This document shows, in pieces, positions 1 through 10,634 of a DNA stretch of 64,000 nucleotides. The notes below the pieces were generated by a model. The model ran no database searches, had not been told where the DNA came from, and saw only the letters and a list, made by a program, of their open reading frames with translations. The stretch comes from Thermodesulfobacteriota bacterium (GTDB taxonomy: Bacteria > Desulfobacterota > Desulfarculia > JACQYL01). The number at the start of each line of letters is the position of its first letter. Position 1 is the first letter of the stretch. The stretch covers positions 2,848,001 through 2,912,000 of the forward strand of contig CAXXLZ010000002.1 of NCBI GenBank assembly GCA_963675595.2. Direction: 5' to 3'. Position numbers and translations under genes: made by a program.

Positions 1-1007
1 TCGAAGACATCCGCTTCGACCAGAACGCCCACGAAGGTTACTATCACATCGATTCCGTTGAAGGCGTCTGGAACTCGGGCAAGGTCGAAAGCCCCAACCT
101 GGGATACAAGCCCCGATACAAAGAAGGCTACTTCCCCGTACCGCCCACGGACAGCCTGCAGGACATCCGGACGGAGATGGTGCTCACCCTCGAAGATATC
201 GGTGTGGCCATTGAAGCCCAGCACCACGAAGTCGCCACCGGCGGACAGTCCGAAATCGATATGAAATTTTCCTCCCTGGTCGCCATGGGAGACAAACTCC
301 TGAAGTATAAATACGTCATCAAGAACGTGGCTCGAAAGCACGGCAAGACCGTTACCTTCATGCCCAAACCCCTCTTCGGCGACAACGGCACCGGTATGCA
401 CGTGCACGTATCCCTCTGGAAGGGCGACCAAAACCTGTTCGCCGGAGACGGCTACGCAGGCATGTCTCAAATGGCCATGTACGCCATCGGCGGCATTCTG
501 AAACATACTCCGGCTCTTCTGGCTTTCACCAGCCCCACGACCAACAGCTACAAACGTTTGGTCCCCGGCTTCGAGGCTCCGGTGAACCTGGCCTACTCGA
601 GTCGGAACCGCAGTGCGGCCATCCGGATTCCCATGTACTCCAACAGCGCCAAGGCCAAACGCATCGAATTCCGTTGCCCCGACCCGAGCTGCAACGGATA
701 TTTGGCTTTTTCCGCCATCCTCATGGCGGTGCTGGACGGCATCCAGAACAAGATCGATCCGGGTTCGGCCCTGGACAAAGACATCTATGATCTTCCGCCG
801 GAAGAATTGGCCAAAGTACCTCAGACCCCGGGCAGCCTCAGAGAGTCCCTGAAGGCTTTGGAGGACGACCACGCCTTCCTGCTCAAGGGAGACGTGTTCA
901 CCAAAGACGTGATCGAAACCTGGATCAATTACAAACTGACTCACGAAGTCCAGGCCATCGAGCTGCGTCCCCATCCCTGGGAGTTCGCTCTGTACTACGA
1001 CATCTAA
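1..1007 (+). CDS. glnA: Glutamine synthetase type I, 3' part (gene starts upstream of the window)
   Basis: Frame is open from the window start ([14 protein letters not shown]...). Motifs [58 protein letters not shown]; C-terminus [13 protein letters not shown]. Confidence 0.97.
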   Translation, partial: EDIRFDQNAHEGYYHIDSVEGVWNSGKVESPNLGYKPRYKEGYFPVPPTDSLQDIRTEMVLTLEDIGVAIEAQHHEVATGGQSEIDMKFSSLVAMGDKLLKYKYVIKNVARKHGKTVTFMPKPLFGDNGTGMHVHVSLWKGDQNLFAGDGYAGMSQMAMYAIGGILKHTPALLAFTSPTTNSYKRLVPGFEAPVNLAYSSRNRSAAIRIPMYSNSAKAKRIEFRCPDPSCNGYLAFSAILMAVLDGIQNKIDPGSALDKDIYDLPPEELAKVPQTPGSLRESLKALEDDHAFLLKGDVFTKDVIETWINYKLTHEVQAIELRPHPWEFALYYDI

Positions 1008-1060
1008 TAAACTCTCGGAGTCGGGACGTCTCGACTTCGAAGATTCCCGCAGATTTTATC

Positions 1061-1094
1061 AGGGCCGCCCGGAAATTCCGGGCGGCCCTTTTTT
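1061..1094 (+). terminator. Rho-independent terminator after glnA
   Basis: Near-perfect GC-rich inverted repeat agggccgcccggaa-a-ttccgggcggccct followed by a T-run. Confidence 0.85.
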
Positions 1095-1585
1095 CGTCGA
1101 GTGAGGGGAGTTCGGAAACTTATCTTGCCCATCGCCTCGCCGGGACGCGCAATCAAGCGAAGATGAGAAAAGCCTGGACCTCATGCCGATTGTTTTCATA
1201 GACTTAGAGGACTTGTCCGCCCTCGAATTGGGCTGAACGCCTACGAATGTGGCCGTCGTTCCCGGTCTCGCGCGCGCGAACAACTCCGCTTCGTGGTGCG
1301 ACAGCCGAAATTCATGCTGCTTCGAGGCTTCCACACAAACGAGGGGACGCCCCAAGAACCCTCTTACTATCTCCCCGATCCGCCACAGGGCGGACGGAAG
1401 GGGCGATAGGATCATGATCGGGAGTTTTCCCGGAAGTCCGGGCGCTCTTATGGCTGCGAGCGCTCCCGGTTACGCCGGGTCCGTGCCGGCGGATTTTAGT
1501 GGGAGGAGAACCGCACTCTCCTCAGGCTCGCCAATCACGTTCTCCGGCCGAAGCGCTTTCGAAAGCCGGGGCAAGGAGTACCGTC

Positions 1586-3592
1586 ATGAATTTTCCCAAG
1601 CTTTTCGAACCCCTCGCGGTCCACGGCATGGAAATGAAAAACCGCATCGTGATGCCCGCAATGCACCTGAACTACACCATGGACGGCACCGTAACCGACC
1701 AACTCGCCGCCTTCTACGAAGCCCGCGCTAAAGGCGGAGCCGGCCTCATCATCGTGGGAGGATGCCTGGTCAACGAGTTCTCCGGCGGAATGAGCATGAT
1801 CGGGCTGCAAAGTGATGAATACATCCCGGGTCTGAAACGGCTCGTTCAGGTTTGCCGCGCACACGATGCCCGTGTCGGCGCTCAGCTTTACAACGCCGGG
1901 GCCTATGCCCACCGGGTTTTCATTCGGAAACAGGCCTTGAGCTCCTCCACGCATGTTTCCAGGTTCACCAATGAGGAAGCCCGGGAAATGAACAAGGAAG
2001 ACATCGCCCGGACCATCGGAGACTTTGCATCAGCCGCCGCTCGCGCACGCGAGGCCGGTTTCGACATGGTGGAAATCCTCACTGGCGGGGGATACCTCAT
2101 TTCCCAGTTCCTTTCTCCCTTGATCAACAAAAGAACGGACGAATACGGCGGGGCCATAGAAAACCGCATGCGTTTCGGACGCGAGGTGGTTCACGCCGTG
2201 AGAGCGGCCGTGGGGAAAGATTTCTGCGTGGGCGTTCGCCTGGCCGGTAATGACTTTGTTCCCGGAAGCCATACCAACACCGAATCCCGAATGTTCGCCC
2301 AGGTGTGCGAAGAGGCCGGCGCCGACATGTTCAACGTCACCGGAGGCTGGCATGAAACGCGCATACCTCAAATCACCACGGACCTTCCCCCTGCCGGCTA
2401 TGCGTACTTGGCCAGGGGAATCCGGGAAGCGGTTTCCATACCCGTGGCCGCGAGCAACCGCATCAATCGGGCCGAACTCGCCGAAGAGCTGATCCATGAA
2501 GGATTCGCAGATTTGGTTTGTATCGCGCGGGGCCTCATCGCCGATTCCGAGTTTCCCAACAAGGCGAGAGAGGGGCGCTCCCGTGAAATTCGTCCCTGCG
2601 TGGCCTGCAACCAGAAATGCTTTGATCACGTCTTTCTGTTGAAGCCCGTGGGCTGTCTCACCAACGCTCTCGCCGGAGAAGAGGCCTTGCGTACCATCGG
2701 CACGGCCAAGAGCCCTCGTCGCGTGCTCGTGATCGGAGGGGGGCCCGCCGGGTGCGAGGCGGCTTTGCGCTCCGCAGGGCGCGGCCATCAGGTGGAGCTC
2801 TGGGAGAGGGAACCTGTGTTGGGAGGACAGGTGGCCTGGTGGAGCCATCCTACAGGAAAGAAAGACTTCGCGCGACTCTTCGAGTATTATGACGCCGCTC
2901 TTTCTCGAGCGGGAGTACGGGTCCGGTTGGGGGAAAAGTTCACTCCGGACCTGCTTGAAAAGGACGCATTCGATTGCGTTCTTGTGCCTGCCGGAGCTAA
3001 GCCCACCCTTCCCAGAGTGCCCGGCATCGAGGGGTTCCAGGTGGTGCAGGCTTGGGATGTTCTCAAAGGTCGGGCGACCACGGGTCGGAACGTCGTGGTC
3101 GTCGGCGGTGGTGCGGTAGGCCTCGAAACGGCCATTCACTTGGCTTCTCAAGGAACTTTGACGCCGGAGCAGCTCCATTTCCTCATGCTGCACGAAGCCG
3201 AGAGCCCGGAGACGCTGCGGGAGCTTATGACGCGTGGAAGCAAATGCGTCACCGTCGTCGAGATGCTACCCGATGCGGGCAAAGACATTGGTCGCTCGAC
3301 CCGTTGGACGGTGCTCAAGAAAACCCGACTGTACGGAATCAAGATTCTGACCGGAACCCGGTTGACGGAGGTCACTCCCACTACGGTGATCTGCGAGAAC
3401 GCCCAGGGGAAGGTGATCGAGTTGCCAGCCGATTCGGTGGTGTCGGCGGTGGGCGCGGAGCCCGACAAGGGTCCGGCCGAAGAACTTGAAGCTCTTATGC
3501 CGGGCAAAGTGCGCGTTATCGGCGACGCCCGGAGTGTGGGCAACGTCGCCCAGGCCATAGAGGAGGGCTTGGCCGCCGCCCTGGAAATATAA
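1586..3592 (+). CDS. NADH:flavin oxidoreductase (Old Yellow Enzyme barrel + 4Fe-4S + FAD domain), 2,4-dienoyl-CoA reductase (FadH)-like
   Basis: KNRIVMPAM, GYLISQFLSPLINKRTDEYGG, CVACNQKC...C cluster motif, two GGG dinucleotide-binding motifs. AAGGAG RBS precedes ATG 1586. Confidence 0.9.
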   Translation: MNFPKLFEPLAVHGMEMKNRIVMPAMHLNYTMDGTVTDQLAAFYEARAKGGAGLIIVGGCLVNEFSGGMSMIGLQSDEYIPGLKRLVQVCRAHDARVGAQLYNAGAYAHRVFIRKQALSSSTHVSRFTNEEAREMNKEDIARTIGDFASAAARAREAGFDMVEILTGGGYLISQFLSPLINKRTDEYGGAIENRMRFGREVVHAVRAAVGKDFCVGVRLAGNDFVPGSHTNTESRMFAQVCEEAGADMFNVTGGWHETRIPQITTDLPPAGYAYLARGIREAVSIPVAASNRINRAELAEELIHEGFADLVCIARGLIADSEFPNKAREGRSREIRPCVACNQKCFDHVFLLKPVGCLTNALAGEEALRTIGTAKSPRRVLVIGGGPAGCEAALRSAGRGHQVELWEREPVLGGQVAWWSHPTGKKDFARLFEYYDAALSRAGVRVRLGEKFTPDLLEKDAFDCVLVPAGAKPTLPRVPGIEGFQVVQAWDVLKGRATTGRNVVVVGGGAVGLETAIHLASQGTLTPEQLHFLMLHEAESPETLRELMTRGSKCVTVVEMLPDAGKDIGRSTRWTVLKKTRLYGIKILTGTRLTEVTPTTVICENAQGKVIELPADSVVSAVGAEPDKGPAEELEALMPGKVRVIGDARSVGNVAQAIEEGLAAALEI

Positions 3593-3679
3593 CAGACCGT
3601 TGGAGGACGCGATCCGTGTCGGGGCCTTGGATTGGATGCGGTCCGTGGCCCTCTTCGACGTGAATGAGGAAGAAGGAAC

Positions 3680-4906
3680 ATGCGATACTTAACGGTCCTT
3701 ACGGCTTTGTTCGTATGCCTGGTTTCCACGGCCTCCCTCTCGCGAGCCCAGGTTTCCGCGCCGGAGGTACAAACCGTCGTTGCATGGGGCGAAACCGCCG
3801 CCACCGACGACCAGGCTTCGGATAAACGCACCGCACTGGCCCATGCCCGCCGCGCCGCGGTGGAGAGAGTGGTGGGGTCCTATGTGACTTCCCAAACCTT
3901 GGTGAAGAATTACCAAGTGGTGGAAGACCGCATCTATTCCCAAGCCGCCGGTCTGGTAAACACGTACAGAGTACTGCGGGAAGAGCGAGACGCTCTCCAG
4001 CGTGTGGAAATCGAGGCCGTGGTCGGACTCATTCCGGTAACGGACCTTCTGCGATCTTCCGGTTTATTGCGCCGTTGGCGCGTGGGCGTCCTGCTGGACC
4101 CCGACGGGCAATCGACCGCGCACATCTCGGGCTACTATTCTTCCGCCCGAATCCAAGACCTGGTAAGGGGCATCGAAGCACATATCGGCGGAGATCTTGT
4201 GAAGGCGGGATTCAAAGTGATGGAACCTCGGCTGGTGGAGAAGCTGCGCAAGGAATTCGACAAGGAACACAATATCTCCCGGGGATCGGCTCAGGGATTG
4301 GACATATTGATCACGGGTGAAGTCTCCTTTGCCGCGCGGAAAACCATGGGAAACGTTTTCCAGGCGACCTGCGGCATTCACGCCGAAGCGCTGAAAGTGG
4401 AGACCGGGGAAATCGTTTACACGGGAACCATCGGAAACACCTTCGACGGCGTGACCCTGCTCGTGGACCGCAGCCTGGCCATGAAACACGCTTCGAGTCT
4501 CGGCAACGGACTCCTTTCCGACGGCACCCCGGACCTAAGATCTTTCGGCGGCGGGGTCGCCGGAGCTTTGGACAAGGCGGTTCGTCTTGCCTCAACCTTG
4601 GCGGGCGAAGTCCTGGTTTCCCAGATTTCGCGGCTGCCGGCGGCAGTGAGTTCAAAGATCGCGCTCGAGATCACAGGTCTTGATTTTTCCTCATTCATGA
4701 GTCTTGAAGAAGGCCTTCGTGGATTGGAGGGAGTGGCCGCGGTCCATGCCGAAGAGTTCACCGGAGGCGTCCAACTCATGGAGGTGGAATTCGACGGAGA
4801 CGCCATGGATCTCGCCCGAACCCTCTCCAGGGCTCCTTTTCCATCCGAAGGCAAACTGAAAATCAAGAAAGTCGGCAAAAGCCGGATTATAATGGAAGTC
4901 CAATAA
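3680..4906 (+). CDS. Secreted protein with an FlgT N-terminal-like domain
   Basis: Signal peptide (..SLSRA|Q). ALAHARRAAVERVVGSYVTSQTLVKNYQVVEDRIYSQAAG resembles FlgT_N/LPP20-type domains. Confidence 0.6.
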   Translation: MRYLTVLTALFVCLVSTASLSRAQVSAPEVQTVVAWGETAATDDQASDKRTALAHARRAAVERVVGSYVTSQTLVKNYQVVEDRIYSQAAGLVNTYRVLREERDALQRVEIEAVVGLIPVTDLLRSSGLLRRWRVGVLLDPDGQSTAHISGYYSSARIQDLVRGIEAHIGGDLVKAGFKVMEPRLVEKLRKEFDKEHNISRGSAQGLDILITGEVSFAARKTMGNVFQATCGIHAEALKVETGEIVYTGTIGNTFDGVTLLVDRSLAMKHASSLGNGLLSDGTPDLRSFGGGVAGALDKAVRLASTLAGEVLVSQISRLPAAVSSKIALEITGLDFSSFMSLEEGLRGLEGVAAVHAEEFTGGVQLMEVEFDGDAMDLARTLSRAPFPSEGKLKIKKVGKSRIIMEVQ

Positions 4907-5004
4907 TCGGAAGGCGCCGGGCGCCTTTCGGCGGGAAATAACCATGATGCACAAGCCCGGATCCCGTGGCTCTTTCCAGGGCGATTCGGGGAAGGAGGAT
5001 GTGA

Positions 5005-5898
5005 GTGATGGGTCGATGGGCAACGATTCTGATGATGGCGGCGGTCCTCGCAATCCAGAGTGTTTCCGCGGTGGAAGCCAAAGACCGGGTGGCCGTCATG
5101 GACTTTGAGAACAAATCACAGCACGGAGGATGGGCACTGGGACGAGGAGCCTCGGATATGCTCGCCACGGAACTGGTGAAGACCGGGAAGTTCAGCGTCA
5201 TGGAACGCGATCATCTGTCTTCCGTGCTCAAGGAGCAAAACCTGGGAGCTTCCGGGACCGTGGACCCGACCACCGCGGCCCGTATCGGCAAGGTGATCGG
5301 CGTCGAATACATCATCACCGGCGCGGTGACCGAATACGGCCAAAGCGAATACGGTGGGGGCGGTGGAGGATTCGGCCTCAAGAAGAAAGGGTACCATGCC
5401 ACGGTGGACATCCGGATGGTGGATACCACCACGTCGGAAATCGTGTTTGCCGACAGCGCTTCCCACAGCGAGGCCTCGTACGACGTGAAGGTATTCGGTT
5501 ACGGAGGCGGGGAATCCTTCGACGAAAAGAAGGCCACGGAAGTCATGCGGGCGGCCATCGCCGCTCTCGCGGGAAAAATCGACTCCGCTCCGCTGCCCTC
5601 CGCCTCCCAGGCCTCCGGATCGGGGTCCGCCGCCGGACCCGTAGGTACCGTCATGATCGCGGATGTGGACGGCACCAATCTGATGTTGAACAAAGGTCTC
5701 AACGGTGGATTGAGCGTGGGCGCGGAACTGACCTTCTTCCGGCCGGGTCGCGAAATCAAGGATCCCGCCACCGGGAAGGTCCTTACCCAAAAATTCGACA
5801 AAGTGGGAACCGCCAAAGTGATCCGAGTCGAAGATGGTTATTCCATGGCGCAAGTGGTCGGCGGCTCCGGATTTCAGGTGGGGGATCGGACCAAATAA
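5005..5898 (+). CDS. Secreted CsgG/HfaB-family protein with a C-terminal FlgT_C-like beta domain
   Basis: RVAVMDFENK, LATELVKTGKFSVMER, AARIGKVIGVEYIITGAVTEY, VDIRMVDTTTSEI; C-terminal LNKG..GLSVG..L..GREIKDPATGKVL. Confidence 0.75.
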   Translation: MMGRWATILMMAAVLAIQSVSAVEAKDRVAVMDFENKSQHGGWALGRGASDMLATELVKTGKFSVMERDHLSSVLKEQNLGASGTVDPTTAARIGKVIGVEYIITGAVTEYGQSEYGGGGGGFGLKKKGYHATVDIRMVDTTTSEIVFADSASHSEASYDVKVFGYGGGESFDEKKATEVMRAAIAALAGKIDSAPLPSASQASGSGSAAGPVGTVMIADVDGTNLMLNKGLNGGLSVGAELTFFRPGREIKDPATGKVLTQKFDKVGTAKVIRVEDGYSMAQVVGGSGFQVGDRTK

Positions 5899-5917
5899 TT
5901 CACGTTTACCCACCATT

Positions 5918-5949
5918 CCATGGAGGGACTCTTTCAAGTCCCTCCATGG
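5918..5949. terminator. 13-bp stem-loop in the convergent intergenic region, probable terminator
   Basis: ccatggagggact-ctttca-agtccctccatgg, perfect stem, no clear U-tail. Confidence 0.5.
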
Positions 5950-6565
5950 GTCCCGCACGGCCCGACTCCCCTTTCCGACCCCCCGACGCTGCGTCTACCT
6001 TCTTCGCCTGAGTCGCTTCTCGATATTCTTGTAATCACCCTCAGGAGAAGCTCACCGAACAACGGGTTATACCGTTTGCGATCGACTCAAGCTATTTTGG
6101 CTGTCGATCAAGGTCGGACGGCGTCCGGGAAATCCGGATTTGCCGGCGGGCTTGAACCGATCTCCTTTAGGAAGGACCAAGGATTGCGGAAAGGGATGTT
6201 TTGGTATGACTGAAGGACAACGCCGACAACGGATTATTGCGCCCGGTGAATACGCGTACGGCCCCATATTCACTCATGCAATAGGAAGAGACGGGGTTGC
6301 GTCGACCAACCGTCGCGCCTCAAGCATCCCGAGTTCGTTCCCGGCAGGAAGAAGGCGCATTTCAGCACGAGCACGAGCTGAATTGTTTACGATCCATATC
6401 GATGGAGGCTCGGATTTCGGCATGAGCCGATCCGTGCGGAGTCTCCCCGGCGCGGTGCCCGGTACGGACACTTGGCCGGTATACTTGAAATCATGTCGGA
6501 TTCGTGAGTTCTTTGCGTTTGAATACGGTGATATCCATGATATCCCCGTAAAATCAACGCTTCCG

Positions 6566-7126
6566 TCAGGAACCGTTCTCACTCCAATCATAACCCGCTC
6601 TCAGAGCTTCCACGTTCTTGCCCCTGAAGGCTTCCTTGCTGAGTCGTTCCACCGTTTCTTTCACCGACTCGAAAGGCATCGGGAAAGACAGACGGCTCAA
6701 AGCAAATCCCAACAAGATCACATTCGCCGTCAAAGGCGAACCCATTTGTGCGGCGGCGCCATAGGCGTCCATATAGTGCGGTGTAACGCCGCGGGCCTTG
6801 AGATACGTTTGGAGTTCGGAGGGTGCATCTTCCTCGCTCGGCCGATTCACCACGGCGGCCCCTCCTCGTTTCAGCATTCCCACCGTGTTGGATAACTCGC
6901 CGTACTCGAACACCAGCAGAACGTCCGCGGTCCCGGACCGGACCAGAGGGGAGCCCATATCCCCGATGCGCAGGTGACTGACCACGGATCCGCCTCGTTG
7001 CGCCATGCCGTGAGTTTCACTCACCATCACCCGAAAACCCTGTGTGAGGGCCGCGTCGTGCAAAATCTTGGTAATAAACAGAATCCCCTGCCCTCCGACT
7101 CCCGCGAGCACGCAGTTGGTTCTCAT
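6566..7126 (-). CDS. iorB: Indolepyruvate:ferredoxin oxidoreductase beta subunit
   Basis: LAGVGGQG, SETHGMAQRGGSVVSHLRIG; directly downstream of iorA. Confidence 0.92.
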   Translation of the reverse strand: MRTNCVLAGVGGQGILFITKILHDAALTQGFRVMVSETHGMAQRGGSVVSHLRIGDMGSPLVRSGTADVLLVFEYGELSNTVGMLKRGGAAVVNRPSEEDAPSELQTYLKARGVTPHYMDAYGAAAQMGSPLTANVILLGFALSRLSFPMPFESVKETVERLSKEAFRGKNVEALRAGYDWSENGS

Positions 7127-7147
7127 AGTTTCCTCTCGCTGCGCGGC

Positions 7148-9013
7148 CTACGCGCATTCAATGGCTTGTTGACGGCATACGTGAACGCACACGCCGCATC
7201 CGGAACATAAGCGCTCGTTGATCCGGACCTTCTTCTCCTCGCCGGGAACCAGTTCGAAGGCGGGGCATTCGAACCGTTGCATGCAAAGCAAGCAACCATT
7301 GCAGGCGTCCGTCACGGTGACGGTCTTCTTTTCCAGACCGTCGCGGTAGGCAATGACGCAGGGATGCTCCGCGATCAGGACGGACACGCCTCCCTCGACG
7401 GCGATCTCACCGGCACGATCCAGCGCCTTCATGAACCCGGGGAGGTCATAGGGATCATGGGTAATCACCGAATCCACCCCGCAACCTCGCACCAAACGCT
7501 CCAACGGAATCACCCCCCCGGGACTTCCGTCGGCCCGAATTCCCAAGCCGGGCGTCGGCTGCATCCCGGTCATGGCGGTGGTCTTGTTGTCCAGTATGAC
7601 CAGCAGCAAATGAGCCTGATTGTATACCGCGTTGATCAAAGCGGTAACGCCGGAATGATAGAACGTGGAATCTCCCATGGTGGCCACGATCATCTTTTCC
7701 CGCCCGTCCTGGTGGTATGCCTGGTAGAACCCGCTCCCCAGGGTCAGCCCGGCGCCCATGTCCAACACCGTGTCCACGGCTCCGAGGTTCAACCCCAGCG
7801 TGTAGCAGCCGATGTCCGAGGTGTAGATCGCTTTGGGGAACCGTTTCCGTATGGAGTAGAACGCCGCCCGATGGGGGCAGCCGGGGCACAGGGTCGGCCT
7901 GCGCGGCACTGGGCCCACCTGTTTGAGCAACGCCGCTTCCTTTTCATCCATGACCGGAGCCAGAGAAGGCCCGCCCACGTCGGAGAAAAATCTCGACATA
8001 CAATCGTAGATCACCTCGGGAACGAGTTCCCCTTCCTTGGGCACGTGGCCGGTGTTGCGACCCCGTACGTGTGGAAAAGCCTCAAGAATCAACTCGAGCA
8101 TGGCCCCGGTTTCTTCAACCACCAGGACATGATCGCAGCGTGTGCAGAAATCGTTCAGCAACTCCCTCGGATAGGGATGCGGCATTCCCACTTTCAGCAC
8201 CGGTACGCTCTCGTTGCCCGTGTCCGACAGAATATCCAGAACGGAAACATAGGGCACTCCCCCGGCAATGATGCCCACGGGACTTCGTCCGGCGGCCTCC
8301 ATGGGATTCTTGTTGAATCCCTGGGACCACTTGGGCTCGTGGACGATGCCGTCCAGCTTACCGTTCAGTTCTTTGTGCAACAGGTATCGAAACTTTGGTG
8401 TGGCGGCCCATCGCATGGGGTCTTTGCGAAAATCGGCAACAGCGGCGCCCGATGCAATGGGCCGCTGGAGAATATCCTGTTTGGCGTGACATACCCGGAT
8501 GGCCGGTCTCAATATCACCGGAATCTTCTCGGCCTCGGAAAGCTCAAAGGCCGCGGCGATCATGTCTACGGCCTCTTCCGGTGTGGACGGATCGTACACC
8601 GGGACCTTGGCGAAAAGCCCCATGAGTCGCGTGTCCTGCTCCGTTTGCGATGAATGGGGTCCCGGGTCGTCACAGGAAACCACCACAAAACCTCCCACCG
8701 TACCCAAATACGCCGCGCTCATCAGAGAGTCGCAGGCAACGTTGAGGCCCACCTGCTTCATCACGCACGCGGCCCTCTTACCGGACAAAGCCGCCGCATA
8801 GGCGTTGTCGAAGGCCACTTTCTCGTTGACGGACCATTCCAGGTAGGTGTCCAGCCCGTATTCTCTTTTCAGTTCCAGAGCGGCGGGCAGAATCTCCGAG
8901 CTCGGAGTTCCGGGATAGGAACAGATCACCCGGCATCCGGCTTCCAACAATCCTCTCGCCACGGCCTCGTTTCCCAACATGACACGCCGCTGCACCGGCG
9001 GACTTTCCACCAT
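7148..9013 (-). CDS. iorA: Indolepyruvate:ferredoxin oxidoreductase alpha subunit
   Basis: GNEAVARG, YPGTPSSEI, WSVNEKVA, MKQVGLNVA, LCPGCPHR, DIGCYTLG, TPP motif GDSTF..LDNKTTAMTG, C-terminal 2x[4Fe-4S] motifs. Confidence 0.95.
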   Translation of the reverse strand: MVESPPVQRRVMLGNEAVARGLLEAGCRVICSYPGTPSSEILPAALELKREYGLDTYLEWSVNEKVAFDNAYAAALSGKRAACVMKQVGLNVACDSLMSAAYLGTVGGFVVVSCDDPGPHSSQTEQDTRLMGLFAKVPVYDPSTPEEAVDMIAAAFELSEAEKIPVILRPAIRVCHAKQDILQRPIASGAAVADFRKDPMRWAATPKFRYLLHKELNGKLDGIVHEPKWSQGFNKNPMEAAGRSPVGIIAGGVPYVSVLDILSDTGNESVPVLKVGMPHPYPRELLNDFCTRCDHVLVVEETGAMLELILEAFPHVRGRNTGHVPKEGELVPEVIYDCMSRFFSDVGGPSLAPVMDEKEAALLKQVGPVPRRPTLCPGCPHRAAFYSIRKRFPKAIYTSDIGCYTLGLNLGAVDTVLDMGAGLTLGSGFYQAYHQDGREKMIVATMGDSTFYHSGVTALINAVYNQAHLLLVILDNKTTAMTGMQPTPGLGIRADGSPGGVIPLERLVRGCGVDSVITHDPYDLPGFMKALDRAGEIAVEGGVSVLIAEHPCVIAYRDGLEKKTVTVTDACNGCLLCMQRFECPAFELVPGEEKKVRINERLCSGCGVCVHVCRQQAIECA

Positions 9014-9212
9014 GGGTTGTTCTCCTTAAAGTAGTATTCGATCCAAAACGTTATAATTAACTCGACTCGAACCATGGTTGCAACCGCGGAATGGGCAAAT
9101 CAGCGTGTCGCTCTCCGCCTCCGGCGTCCTTGCCCGAACCTGATCATTACCTCGAAAGAGATGATACACACGGCGGAAACAGGCCGGGCACTAGCTGATC
9201 GATATTTGGAAT

Positions 9213-9241
9213 TTGACAAATCATGCCGGCCAATTCATGAT
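9213..9241 (+). promoter_or_regulatory. Putative sigma70 promoter about 350 nt upstream of the methyltransferase gene
   Basis: TTGACA (9213-9218), 17-bp spacer, CATGAT (9236-9241). Confidence 0.4.
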
Positions 9242-9593
9242 GTTCCACAAAGCGTGGAAGTATATGGCGACCTACCTCTCCAAATATCTCTGATCGGGTT
9301 CACCCATCCGCCGTGTCGGAAGATCCGTCCCTGTTTCTCCTCTTTGTTCGAGGTTCCGGGTATGCGATAATCCGGCGGTCGGAGTCGAAAAGACGCCGTG
9401 GGCGAGATCGGCTTGAGGACCATCGGCACCTTGCCCCTTGGGCCTTCCAAGCTTCAGGGATGAACCGAGGGTTCATTAGGGCGATGCCGTCTTACCGCAA
9501 ACGCCGAGGAGAAAGGGACGAATACCCCGAGGTTTGAGGCGCGCCGGCGAATCCGCGTTGTCCGGCGCCGGCTTTGTTGAAGGGAGACAAGAG

Positions 9594-10634
9594 ATGGCGA
9601 AGCAGCTGTTGATCGATGCGTACAGGGGTAAACGAACTCGAAAAGCACCATGGGTACCCTATTCCGGCGTGCACGGCGCTTTCCTCATCGGGGAACCCGC
9701 AGACAAGTACCTGCGCGACCCGGGTCTGCTGGCCAAAGGCGTGGTTGAAGCGGCTTCGCGGTACAAGGCGGATGGGATACCCCTAAGCTTCGATCTATCC
9801 GTTGAAGCCGATTCCATGGGGTGCGGCATCAAATGGTGGCCGGACAACGTCCCCAATGTTACGACCCATCCCTGCGCCCAATGCACCGTGGAAGAAGCCG
9901 GTTTGGAGATTCCCGGCCCGGAGGACGGCAGATGGCCGGTGATCGTCGAGGCCGCCAAGCTGGCCAAACCGCAACTTGAAGAGATGGACTGCGCCATGCT
10001 GGGTCTGCTGTGCGGCCCCTTGACTCTCGCCGCTCATCTGAAGGGAGTCAAGATTCTCAACGACGTTTACAAGGATAAGGCCTCGGCCCATGACGTGTGC
10101 CGATTCGCCGGCCTGGTCGGAGCGAGGAGCGCGGAAATCTACCGGGATATCGGCTGCGACGTCATCTGCATCGTGGATCCGGTGGCCTCACAGATCAACG
10201 AACAAGCATTCAAAGACTACGTAGCCGTCAATGTGCAGCCGGCCGTCAAGGTCATACACGACGCCGGGCTGACCTCCTGTTTCTTCGTGTGCGGCGATTG
10301 CACCAAGATCCTGCATTCCGTCGCCCAAATCGGTACCCATGCTTTTGCCGTGGACGAGCAGTTGAACCTGACCTACGTGCGGGATGTGGCTTTGAAACAC
10401 GGTGTCGGTTTCGGGGGAAATCTCAAGTTGACCCTCGCCCTGTCGCTCGGTCTCGTTTCTCCCCGAGAAGACACGCTGATCAACCTCGCCGCGGGCGGGG
10501 CCACCGGATTCGTCTTGGCGCCGGGTTGCGACATGCCTTTCGATGTTCCCATGGAACACATGAACCAGGTTCTGAGCGCCAGGGACTGGTTCGAAGAGTA
10601 CTACGCACCCTACCCGAAAGGGGCGCGAGTCTGA
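9594..10634 (+). CDS. Uroporphyrinogen decarboxylase superfamily protein, MtaA/CmuA-like corrinoid-dependent methyltransferase
   Basis: FDLSVEA..MG, LLCGPLTLA, IVDPVAS, FVCGD, GFGGNL, LAPGCDMP; AGGGAG RBS precedes ATG 9594. Confidence 0.8.
   Translation: MAKQLLIDAYRGKRTRKAPWVPYSGVHGAFLIGEPADKYLRDPGLLAKGVVEAASRYKADGIPLSFDLSVEADSMGCGIKWWPDNVPNVTTHPCAQCTVEEAGLEIPGPEDGRWPVIVEAAKLAKPQLEEMDCAMLGLLCGPLTLAAHLKGVKILNDVYKDKASAHDVCRFAGLVGARSAEIYRDIGCDVICIVDPVASQINEQAFKDYVAVNVQPAVKVIHDAGLTSCFFVCGDCTKILHSVAQIGTHAFAVDEQLNLTYVRDVALKHGVGFGGNLKLTLALSLGLVSPREDTLINLAAGGATGFVLAPGCDMPFDVPMEHMNQVLSARDWFEEYYAPYPKGARV

Noticed and set aside
1100-1560. Long intergenic region between glnA and the oxidoreductase as an ncRNA or small gene
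   Set aside because: Only short GC hairpins expected by chance; the overlapping ORFs look non-coding.
5950-6565. Small ORFs in the gap downstream of iorB, including a possible TGA read-through peptide (MDITVFKRKELTNPT*)
   Set aside because: No family resemblance, no redox motif around the TGA and no clear SECIS hairpin.
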